Source: a virus. From it: a stretch of DNA of 64,000 nt. The notes under the pieces were generated by a model, which saw only the letters and a list, made by a program, of their open reading frames with translations, was not told where the DNA came from and ran no database searches. Position 1 is the first letter of the stretch. The number at the start of each line of letters is the position of its first letter. Location of the stretch: positions 6,978 through 70,977 of IMG/VR virus record IMGVR_UViG_3300020465_000009, one strand, 5' to 3'. Positions 1 to 7,621 of this stretch are shown piece by piece. The translations under genes and the position numbers were made by a program.

Positions 1-962
1 AAGCCTGTTGCCAGTTGTGGAGAAAGTTTTGTAATGGTTCCTGCAAACCCTTCAAGTCTCTGCCTTGTTTCGTCAGTTTGCATTGTCAAGAATGCTTGGA
101 ATCTTTCGTTGGACCTTGCCATTTCAATCCCATCCATTACTTGATCTCTTTGTAATCCTGTAACTTTTGCCAACCCGTCTAATGCTTTTGCAAAGTTCAT
201 TGAACTTTGTATTCTTTGTTGGGCAGTCATGTTTTCCAATGTTCCGGCTCTTCTTGCTCCTTCTAAGTTTGTAAGCATTGTCTCGTTGATTTCGTCAACT
301 GTGAAACCTAGTGGTGCAAGTGTTTGTATTCCAAATTTTCTGAAGTCGTTTGCAAGTCTACCAAATTGTTTTGCCCCTTCAGACGTTGTCCCAAACATTG
401 CCGCTAACTGTTCTGAATTCTGTTTTACTAAATTTGCGAAATCATCCAATGGTAATCCTGCTTGGTTGGCCGCAATCCTCATATCGATAATGCTTTGACC
501 AAACGATGCACCTGATTGTGCTAGTCCTCTAAATGTTTCTATGCTGACGTCTAATCTATTTCCAAGGAAGCCAAGTAGGTCACCTGTTCTACCAAGTCCT
601 TTGAAATTGTCTGATAAAGCACTGATACTGCCTTCACCCTTGAAGGCCGCTTTTGCCAAACCAAATACTGCGTCACCGGTTTTCTTGAAACCACTTGCTA
701 AAACCTCAGAAGCCTTTATCAACTTTTCAGTTGAACTTATTTGGTCATCTATCTGCTTGAGTTGTGCTTTCTCTAGTTCGCCTATTTCTTTTTTCTTGAG
801 AACCTGTACTTTTAGGTATTTGAGTTCACGGAGTTTAAGTTCCATGGCGTCTTTGTTAGTTTTCGCCTCTTTTAGGCGATCGTTGTATAACCTTTGTCGA
901 GCCTCCCTTAACTTGGGATCATCAATTACCGATTCTAACAGTTCTTTTATTTCGTTGTCCAT
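1..962 (-). CDS. tape measure-like protein (partial, runs off window start)
   Basis: Not in the ORF track. Manual minus-strand translation from ATG at 962 (MDNEIKELLESVIDDPKLREARQRL...ETFRGLAQSGASFGQSIIDMRIAANQAGLPLDDF...LDGLAKVTGLQRDQ) is open to base 1. Helical Ala/Gln/Lys-rich composition; TATAAATA upstream on the minus strand; adjacent to a chaperone-like pair. Confidence 0.7.
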   Translation of the reverse strand, partial: MDNEIKELLESVIDDPKLREARQRLYNDRLKEAKTNKDAMELKLRELKYLKVQVLKKKEIGELEKAQLKQIDDQISSTEKLIKASEVLASGFKKTGDAVFGLAKAAFKGEGSISALSDNFKGLGRTGDLLGFLGNRLDVSIETFRGLAQSGASFGQSIIDMRIAANQAGLPLDDFANLVKQNSEQLAAMFGTTSEGAKQFGRLANDFRKFGIQTLAPLGFTVDEINETMLTNLEGARRAGTLENMTAQQRIQSSMNFAKALDGLAKVTGLQRDQVMDGIEMARSNERFQAFLTMQTDETRQRLEGFAGTITKLSPQLATG

Positions 963-990
963 GCTTTATTATTACCCCATTATATACGCA

Positions 991-998
991 TATAAATA
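991..998 (+). promoter_or_regulatory. T4-type late promoter TATAAATA
   Basis: Exact T4 gp55 consensus upstream of the ORF at 1034. Confidence 0.65.
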
Positions 999-1027
999 TT
1001 GACATACATACACTTGTATAGTACTAT
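999..1027 (+). promoter_or_regulatory. sigma70-like promoter
   Basis: TTGACA (999-1004), 17-nt spacer, TACTAT (1022-1027); ATG at 1034. Confidence 0.45.
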
Positions 1028-1032
1028 TTATA
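1025..1032 (-). promoter_or_regulatory. T4-type late promoter TATAAATA for tape measure gene
   Basis: TATTTATA on the plus strand equals TATAAATA on the minus strand, upstream of ATG 962. Confidence 0.65.
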
Positions 1033-1033
1033 G

Positions 1034-1897
1034 ATGGAAAAAATGACAGAAAATACCAACCCGTTACACAAATACTTTAGGACTCCTAGTATATATGTGT
1101 CACTACCATGTGGGGCAACATATGACCCGAAAGTGTTAGAGATGCCTCAGTCAGGAGAAATAGGTGTTATGCCTATGACTGCCAAGGACGAGATCATATT
1201 TAAAACACCTGACGCATTGATGAACGGACAGGGTGTAGTGGATGTGATACAGAGTTGTATTCCGGCAATCAAAGATGCATGGCAACTTAAAAATTATGAC
1301 CTTGACACAGTATTGATTGCGATCAGAATAGCAACTTATGGCGAAATGATGGACATGAATTACACTGTGCCTGGTACGTCAGTCAAAGTGGATCACAGTT
1401 TGAACTTGCCTGCACTATTAGAAAATATTAAAAGTGTTAGAATTGAAGACACAATCACATTGAAAGATGGATTAAAAATTACAGTTGAGCCGTTGGTGTA
1501 CAAAGACATCACACAGACAGCATTGACAACTTTCCAACAACAGAAGATGTTTAGCCAGGTAAGCAACTCGCAGGCACCTGATGTTGAGAAGACTAAAAAA
1601 TTTAATGAAGCATTCAATCACTTGAATGAACTGACAACAGAGTTGATGATGAAAAACATCAGCAAGATCACAATACCGGATGGCACAGTCGTTGAAGACA
1701 AGACACAGATCAAACAATTTATTGAGAACGCAAACGCAGTCATGGTAAATGAAATCACAGAAAAACTTGCTGACATAAGATCACAGGGATCTGTTAAACC
1801 ATTAAAAATGAAAGCAACCGAGGAGCAGATCAAGATAGGTGCACCTGCCAACTACGATGTTCCTATTACATTTGATACTGCAAATTTTTTCGTATAA
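1034..1897 (+). CDS. baseplate hub assembly / tail assembly chaperone (T4 gp26-like)
   Basis: NPL..YFR.P.IY..LP, MTAKDE...KTPDAL.NG and D.D.VLIAIRIATYG motifs typical of gp26-like proteins of large myoviruses. Confidence 0.7.
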   Translation: MEKMTENTNPLHKYFRTPSIYVSLPCGATYDPKVLEMPQSGEIGVMPMTAKDEIIFKTPDALMNGQGVVDVIQSCIPAIKDAWQLKNYDLDTVLIAIRIATYGEMMDMNYTVPGTSVKVDHSLNLPALLENIKSVRIEDTITLKDGLKITVEPLVYKDITQTALTTFQQQKMFSQVSNSQAPDVEKTKKFNEAFNHLNELTTELMMKNISKITIPDGTVVEDKTQIKQFIENANAVMVNEITEKLADIRSQGSVKPLKMKATEEQIKIGAPANYDVPITFDTANFFV

Positions 1898-1899
1898 CT

Positions 1900-2121
1900 T
1901 TGCTGTCACAAGTGGATTCTGACATTGTCAAGACACTTAAGGACATGGAAAACACAGCAAAAGATATCAAGATGGATATTTTTAGATTGTGTTGGTATAT
2001 GCGTGGCGGACTCACCTACTCAGAAGCAACTTCTTTGAGTCCAGACGAGCGTCAAATCATTGGTAAAATAGTTAAGGAAAACATCGAAACTACCAAAAAA
2101 ACGGGTCAACCTTTCTTCTAG
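1900..2121 (+). CDS. gp51-like / frameshift extension of upstream chaperone
   Basis: WYMRGG..YSEA..LS..ER motif; TTG start without an obvious SD; lies in the -1 frame behind a slippery sequence. Confidence 0.6.
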   Translation: MLSQVDSDIVKTLKDMENTAKDIKMDIFRLCWYMRGGLTYSEATSLSPDERQIIGKIVKENIETTKKTGQPFF

Positions 2122-2173
2122 AATATAGTATACTTTAATAGTATTTGAATATGCAGATAATTAACACTTACAT

Positions 2174-2509
2174 ATGTCCGAAAGAGATCTAGTCAAAGAA
2201 CTCAAAGCACAAATCGTCGACCTCACAGCAGACCGAGACGATGCTCTGGCGAAAGTAAAGTCCAAAGAATCACGTATGAAACAGGTGTTGATTAAATTGG
2301 AACACGCCACGCAGGATGTTCAGGCAACTGGCCACAAAATTGGTGAACAGAACAAAATGATCTCGGAACTTCAGGCCAAACTCAATACCAAGGAAGAGTT
2401 ACTGCAAGAAGCATTAACTAAAATAAAGATGCTCAAAGGACATGATGATTCAACAGAAGAAACAGACCAAGAAGAACCGCAAGAAGAAGACACCGACAGA
2501 GAAGATTAG
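2174..2509 (+). CDS. hypothetical coiled-coil protein with acidic tail
   Basis: 111-aa ORF with heptad-like pattern; late-promoter-like GATAATTA just upstream. Confidence 0.6.
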   Translation: MSERDLVKELKAQIVDLTADRDDALAKVKSKESRMKQVLIKLEHATQDVQATGHKIGEQNKMISELQAKLNTKEELLQEALTKIKMLKGHDDSTEETDQEEPQEEDTDRED

Positions 2510-2987
2510 GACATGGTTGGATGAGTTCGTAACCAAACCAAATCCGGTCTTTGGAAACTTGCCACCTTGCCCTTTCGCTAGGAAGGCCATATTGGACAAC
2601 AAGGTGCATTTCATAGAGATGCCTCCCATAACAACATATTCAACACTGTATCAGTTCATATGCGAAGCGGACTTCGAAGAGATAGACGTGTTGTGCATGA
2701 TCATAGAGCCTGACAGGTTGACTGCAAAAGAGACCGTGGAACTGGCGCATGACCTAAATCAATATTTCATGAGCAAGGACGTGGTTGTGTTGGAGGATCA
2801 TCCCGACATAGATGAACGTGTCAAGGACGTGAGATTGAACAACGGTGAGTACATACTGTTCCTTGTGCAAAGTTTGAGCAAGTTGAACAAGTTCAGCAAG
2901 ATGCTGGAATCAGGCCCCTACTATAAGAACTGGAGCAAAAGTTATCTTAAAGATGTGAAAGGTTTTCGACATCCGAAAACAAAGTAA
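2442..2987 (+). CDS. DUF1415-like protein
   Basis: W...FV..PN..F.NLPPCPFARKA resembles the DUF1415 LCPFA motif; paralogous domain at 53493. Confidence 0.5.
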   Translation: MMIQQKKQTKKNRKKKTPTEKIRTWLDEFVTKPNPVFGNLPPCPFARKAILDNKVHFIEMPPITTYSTLYQFICEADFEEIDVLCMIIEPDRLTAKETVELAHDLNQYFMSKDVVVLEDHPDIDERVKDVRLNNGEYILFLVQSLSKLNKFSKMLESGPYYKNWSKSYLKDVKGFRHPKTK

Positions 2988-3708
2988 GCCTGCTGTCTCT
3001 TCTACACAGTTTCTTGTATAATTTTTTATCGGTGCTCCACTCGGTACCGGTCCACCATTCAAAACCCTTCCATGATGCCTTGTATTCCGAACTCTTCTCG
3101 TAGCCACTGCCCAGGTAGTAGTGTGACACACAGTTCTCCCGTGCCCAAGACAATTCCATGTCCAGTGACAATGCACTTATGGGAATACTGTTGGCGTGGA
3201 TGACGCTCTCAACTCCCTGCAACATGGTTGGATTTTCTTCCTTCGCCTGTGCTGTGAGTATGTCCTCTTGGTACTTGTAGTATTTCTGTTTGGTGAATCC
3301 CACTATGTTGTCCGGACTGTCGATGTAAAATATCAGGAACCTGTCTCGGTCATGGTAAAAACGGAACGGATCGTAGTCCGCGCCAAATTTTTTATCCTTC
3401 ATGTACTGTCTGTATATCTTGGGCAGTCCCAACAGCGACACCATCTCGTTAGCCTCTATCGTTTTCATGCCCAGCGGTTTGCCATTGTGTTCGAACTTGC
3501 GGAACCGCGGTTCGTATTTGCGTAAATCTATTCTAGTGCTACGTGATTGGTACCACACTTCTTTGTTTTTGTAATCGTGGTCCAGTGCCAACCAACCCTG
3601 CTCAACTGCGTCGTCCTCTTCTTCAGGTTGCACGATAGCCATGGGTCGGCATATTACTAAATCTTGATCTTCCTGTTTGCCCAAAACGTGATCGAATATC
3701 AGTTCCAT
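2947..3708 (-). CDS. ATE/Bpt-like aminoacyl-tRNA-protein transferase (GNAT fold)
   Basis: C-terminal ELSWARE....HYYLGSGYEKSSEYKA..KGFEWW resembles the ATE_C YYLG...YK motif; N-terminal GW...WYQSRSTRI. ATG at 3708 preferred over TTG 3714. Confidence 0.55.
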   Translation of the reverse strand: MELIFDHVLGKQEDQDLVICRPMAIVQPEEEDDAVEQGWLALDHDYKNKEVWYQSRSTRIDLRKYEPRFRKFEHNGKPLGMKTIEANEMVSLLGLPKIYRQYMKDKKFGADYDPFRFYHDRDRFLIFYIDSPDNIVGFTKQKYYKYQEDILTAQAKEENPTMLQGVESVIHANSIPISALSLDMELSWARENCVSHYYLGSGYEKSSEYKASWKGFEWWTGTEWSTDKKLYKKLCRRDSRLTLFSDVENLSHL

Positions 3709-3724
3709 ATACAATACTTAAGGT

Positions 3725-4150
3725 CAACTCAAAGATGGCTTACAGCCATCTGAAACATCGCTACGCTCGTTTCCTTTTCTTAATTTACGCATCTGTAAAA
3801 AAACTAAACGCACAATGCGTACTCTTGTAGTAGATGAGCAGTCACAATTCGGCTATTTCTAGCCGAACCGACTTGAACTTGTAGTGAGTTCGCAGTCACC
3901 GTACATCGTTGCCGTAGCCGGGCGGTTGTGCTGTACCCGTTCACTCATTCATCCAACGCGAGTAGATATAACCTTTGTACGATAATTCTATATCTACTTG
4001 GGGTTGCTTTTTCCCAGAGCCCCATCATTTTTGCATTTGCATCAAGGGATTCACCTGTCGCTTGTTAAGCCGCATTTCCCTGCTCACTTTCGAGATGCTA
4101 TGTTTTTGCCTATGAATTTCAGTTTAAGATTGATTTGTGCCTATCGCTGT
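3725..4150 (-). ncRNA. putative large structured non-coding RNA (or structured origin element)
   Basis: No ORF of 60 aa or more in an otherwise gene-dense genome. Many hairpins, e.g. 3733-3751, 3848-3867 (GAAA tetraloop on the minus strand), 3919-3939, 3961-3998, 3999-4024, 4045-4081. Confidence 0.6.
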
Positions 4151-4193
4151 TATATAGTACTATAATGATTAGTACTAAAGGATATTTGAGTTG

Positions 4194-4637
4194 ATGTCAA
4201 TGGAAAATTGGATTTACCAATCTAAAACAATAGAATCACTACCAGAAGACTGTGTTGGATTTGTTTACCAAATTACAAATACAACTAACGGTAGGATGTA
4301 TATTGGTAAAAAACTTGCGAAGTTCAGCAAATCACGTAAACCGTTGAAGGGCAGAGTTAACAAAAGACGTTACAAAATTGAAAGTGATTGGAAGGATTAT
4401 TACGGTTCCAGTGATGCCTTGCACGAAGATATCAATAAACTAGGCAAGGACAAATTCAAAAGAGAGATACTTTATTATTGTAAATCCAAAGCAGAATTAT
4501 CATACGTAGAAGCAAGGGAGCAGTTCGCTAGAAAAGTTTTAGAATCGGAAGATTATTACAATGGTCATATCAGGGTTAGGATACATGGCTCTGGTATTAT
4601 GAGAGAAAAGAAAAGCAAAGGAATTTTAAATGATTAA
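4194..4637 (+). CDS. GIY-YIG endonuclease (Seg/DenA-like)
   Basis: GFVY-QITN-TNGRMYIGKK and YYGSS...F.REIL...ELSYVE...YYNG motifs. Confidence 0.85.
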   Translation: MSMENWIYQSKTIESLPEDCVGFVYQITNTTNGRMYIGKKLAKFSKSRKPLKGRVNKRRYKIESDWKDYYGSSDALHEDINKLGKDKFKREILYYCKSKAELSYVEAREQFARKVLESEDYYNGHIRVRIHGSGIMREKKSKGILND

Positions 4638-5373
4638 AATTTTGAGATTTATAGGCGGGTTCGGCGGCGATAACATTATCAAGATGGCAGTTGATAGTGA
4701 CAGCACATTGTTGTCCAGTGTTAACTTTGAGGGTCTAAAAATAAACGGAGTTCAAAAAGATGACCCAATGCCAAAAGAAAAACGTATGTACGGAATGGAA
4801 CAAGTTTACAATCTATGGGACGAAAAAACAATTGACGTTGAAGCATTGAAAAAAGAGATAGAAAGTCTTAAAGCACAAAATACCAAAATGATTATTAAAA
4901 GTCATTTGTATATTGATGCGTTCGATGACGTAACTGTAGATATTATTCCAACACCAAAAACTTTGTCTTGGGCATTAAGTTGTAATTGGTTGAAAACAAG
5001 CACTAGGTACACACATCCATTGGAATTTCCTATACCAGATCAAGAAGTTAAAGAAAGATTCATTCTTTACCAAACAGCACAGAGGTTGATACAAGTTATG
5101 CGTAATGATAGTGCAACACCTAAAATTTATATAGACGATCTATTCAAAGATTTCAAACAACTGCAAAGTGTTTGTGGCGATGCCGGAATAAAACTTAATA
5201 ATCATTGCGAGAAATGGCACAAGAACTGGCAGGAGAAGAATAGAAAGTATTTGCCTTCGCAAATTTACAAAGATATGTTGGAAGAAGAATCTCCAAACTA
5301 CAATCACATAGATCTATCCAGGATTGAAAAATATACCTTGCTGGCTTTAAAGGGAAGTTTTAAAATTATATAA
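4630..5373 (+). CDS. hypothetical protein
   Basis: 247-aa ORF overlapping the GIY-YIG stop; N-terminal GGFGGD loop; function not recognised. Confidence 0.6.
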   Translation: MIKILRFIGGFGGDNIIKMAVDSDSTLLSSVNFEGLKINGVQKDDPMPKEKRMYGMEQVYNLWDEKTIDVEALKKEIESLKAQNTKMIIKSHLYIDAFDDVTVDIIPTPKTLSWALSCNWLKTSTRYTHPLEFPIPDQEVKERFILYQTAQRLIQVMRNDSATPKIYIDDLFKDFKQLQSVCGDAGIKLNNHCEKWHKNWQEKNRKYLPSQIYKDMLEEESPNYNHIDLSRIEKYTLLALKGSFKII

Positions 5374-5402
5374 AAAAAGCCTCCACGTTAGCAGAGGCTT
5401 TA
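5372..5402. terminator. intrinsic terminator between convergent genes
   Basis: AAAGCCTC...GAGGCTTT stem with an A7 run, giving a U-tract on the minus strand downstream of the Hc1-like gene. Confidence 0.65.
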
Positions 5403-5430
5403 GTTTAAGATTGGATCCAATCAGCAATAA

Positions 5431-5622
5431 TTACGCCGCAGTTTTTGCCGCGTTTTTAGCCTCTTGAATTTCTTTTCTTCTTGCTTTGATCAATTTAGAA
5501 AGATTCGCAAGTGCTTTTCTGGCTCTAGTCGCAGAAGCCTTAACACCTTTCTCTGTGAACTTACCGTTCTCTTCAGAGTAATTTTGAATCTCTGTCATGA
5601 TCGACTCATGTGTTTGTGACAT
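5431..5622 (-). CDS. histone H1-like Hc1 family nucleoid protein
   Basis: KF.EKGVKASATRARKAL..L.KL.K.RRKEIQE.KN matches the Hc1 family pattern; AAGGAAGG SD upstream. Confidence 0.75.
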   Translation of the reverse strand: MSQTHESIMTEIQNYSEENGKFTEKGVKASATRARKALANLSKLIKARRKEIQEAKNAAKTAA

Positions 5623-5709
5623 ATTATCTGTCCTTCCTTATTCGTACGATATAATTAATTAACATATGTTTAATTTAAGCACATAAGAACTGGTTTTGTC
5701 AATCATTTT

Positions 5710-7485
5710 CTAAACAATAATTTCCACGTCATTTGCATAATTGGTAAAACCATTTTCTTTGGTAACTTTTAGTATCGAATTTACTCTGCCTACCAACTCA
5801 TCTTTGTGTGAAATTAAGAAAATATTTTTGTTCTGCGTTCTGCTCATCTCTTTTAACACTGCCATTGAACTTTCAACACCCGAAATATCCATTCCTGCAT
5901 CTATAAGTTCGTCAATAAACAACAAGTTGATCTGTTGATAAAGGCTTTCCCAAACATCTCTGAACGCCCAACTTAAACTTAATATCAATCTATTTCTTTC
6001 ACCTCTGCTTAAATTATCAAAGTCTAGTTCTCTACCAAGTTCTTCAATCTGCACAGTTAAATCGCTTTGGAAAACCACTGTGTGTGGTAATTTAACTTTT
6101 CCTAAATAAAATGCTAGACGCTGATTCAAGTATGTTAAGTTTTGTTCTATAATTCTTGTTCTAATGAATGAATCTTTTGCAGTTAACAATTTGTATAAAA
6201 ATTCTTGGTGCCTATGCAAGTCTTCCAGTTCATTAACAATACCATAATCAATTTTTTGTATTGCACTTTTATTAAGTTCTTCTATTTGTTCTGCGTATGG
6301 ATCTTCTTTTTCTGTTGCTTGTTTTAGTTGTCGTTTGAGATCCTTCAACGATGCTTTGTGATTGTATGCCTCGTCCATTGTGTCGTAATAGGTATCTGGT
6401 ATTTGTCCTATATCACCAATTTCGTCTATGCCCTGTTGCACTAATACAAGATCACTTTTTAACTTATTTGTATATTCTACAGATTCGGTTAAGTTTTGTT
6501 TCAACTGATCCACCAAATGAGTATGTTTCTCATCGTTGAGCGGTTGTTCGCAAGTTGGACATTTTGATGTTTTTGCAAATTCTAAGTCTTTGTTTGTTTT
6601 TTCAACACTAGTTTCTGCTTTTGTCAAGGCATCCTCGTGATATGCTTTTTCTTTTTGTAGTCCTCGTAGTGCAGTTTGGTTTTCTTTGTGTGATTGTAAT
6701 TTTTTGTGTAGATCTAGTTCTGCTTTTATATCTACTTTTTCTAGTTCTGTAATAGCCTCGTTGAAACTTTTTATATCATCTTCTTTTTGTTTTTGCCATG
6801 CACTGCTTCTTAGTTTTAGGCTTTCTATTGATTCTTGTATTTTTTCATTTGATGCAATTTTACTATCAATTCTCATTTTTTCTTCGGTCATTTGTGTTTT
6901 AGTTGCTTTTTGTTTTTCTTTTAACAAGTCTGCTTTTTGTGATAATAAAGTTATACCAAGCAACTGCTCTATAATTTCTCTTTGCTCTGCTTGTTTCGTA
7001 CCAAGAAACGGCAAAGTGTAGGTATTCAACGTGATTATATTTTTAAACATTGCCAAAGTCATGCCTAGCAATTTGTTTATTTCTAATTGTGTTTCTCTGT
7101 TCTCACCTTGTGCTTCGTTGTCTTCCGTATTTTGTTCTATGTCGTTAGCATAAAATTTGAATATTTGTGGCTTTCTGCCTCTTTCTATTGTGTAATCGAT
7201 ATTGTTTTTTGTAAACTTAACACTCACCAACATATTTTTTTCATTAGTTTTGTTTACAAGATTGTCTCTTCTGATGTTTGTTAATGCTTCTCCGAAGAAC
7301 ACGTATGACAGAGCATTTATAATTGTTGTTTTACCAGTACCATTTCTAGCACCTGCATCGTCTCCTCCTAAATCCATGTTCTCACCTATGACAAGAACTA
7401 AATTTTTATCATTAAATTTTATACTTTGTGCGGCATTTCCCACACTCATAAAATTTTTAACTGTAAGTTCTTTAACGGTTAGCAT
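5710..7485 (-). CDS. gp46: recombination endonuclease subunit, Rad50/SbcC-like (T4 gp46)
   Basis: KNFMS, Walker A NGTGKTT, CPTC zinc hook, LSRGE signature, LFIDE Walker B, ISH. Confidence 0.92.
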   Translation of the reverse strand: MLTVKELTVKNFMSVGNAAQSIKFNDKNLVLVIGENMDLGGDDAGARNGTGKTTIINALSYVFFGEALTNIRRDNLVNKTNEKNMLVSVKFTKNNIDYTIERGRKPQIFKFYANDIEQNTEDNEAQGENRETQLEINKLLGMTLAMFKNIITLNTYTLPFLGTKQAEQREIIEQLLGITLLSQKADLLKEKQKATKTQMTEEKMRIDSKIASNEKIQESIESLKLRSSAWQKQKEDDIKSFNEAITELEKVDIKAELDLHKKLQSHKENQTALRGLQKEKAYHEDALTKAETSVEKTNKDLEFAKTSKCPTCEQPLNDEKHTHLVDQLKQNLTESVEYTNKLKSDLVLVQQGIDEIGDIGQIPDTYYDTMDEAYNHKASLKDLKRQLKQATEKEDPYAEQIEELNKSAIQKIDYGIVNELEDLHRHQEFLYKLLTAKDSFIRTRIIEQNLTYLNQRLAFYLGKVKLPHTVVFQSDLTVQIEELGRELDFDNLSRGERNRLILSLSWAFRDVWESLYQQINLLFIDELIDAGMDISGVESSMAVLKEMSRTQNKNIFLISHKDELVGRVNSILKVTKENGFTNYANDVEIIV

Positions 7486-7621
7486 TCTTTTTCTTCCATT
7501 TTAAATAACCTTTTAACCAATCTGCTCTATCTAATCTTCTTGCAAAGTCAAAAATCGGTTGCTCCTGTTCCTCTTTTTTAGTTAATATTTTCCAAAGTTT
7601 TCTTTTACTAATTGTTGACAT
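7472..7621 (-). CDS. small hypothetical protein (49 aa)
   Basis: Manual translation MSTISKRKLWKILTKKEEQEQPIFDFARRLDRADWLKGYLKWKKKNANR; overlaps the gp47 stop and gp46 start, filling the gap. Confidence 0.45.
   Translation of the reverse strand: MSTISKRKLWKILTKKEEQEQPIFDFARRLDRADWLKGYLKWKKKNANR

Noticed and set aside
229-1002. Plus-strand ORFs 229-498 and 541-1002
   Set aside because: Antisense shadows of the minus-strand tape-measure-like gene, which the track missed because it runs off the window.
3825-3899. Mini CRISPR array from the two GTGACTGC...CTACAAG boxes
   Set aside because: Only two imperfect copies and no cas genes in the window.
3725-4150. tmRNA, tRNA, RNase P or group I intron identity for the structured element
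   Set aside because: No T-loop or CCA acceptor end, no convincing tag ORF, no recognisable RNase P or intron core, and no interrupted host gene.
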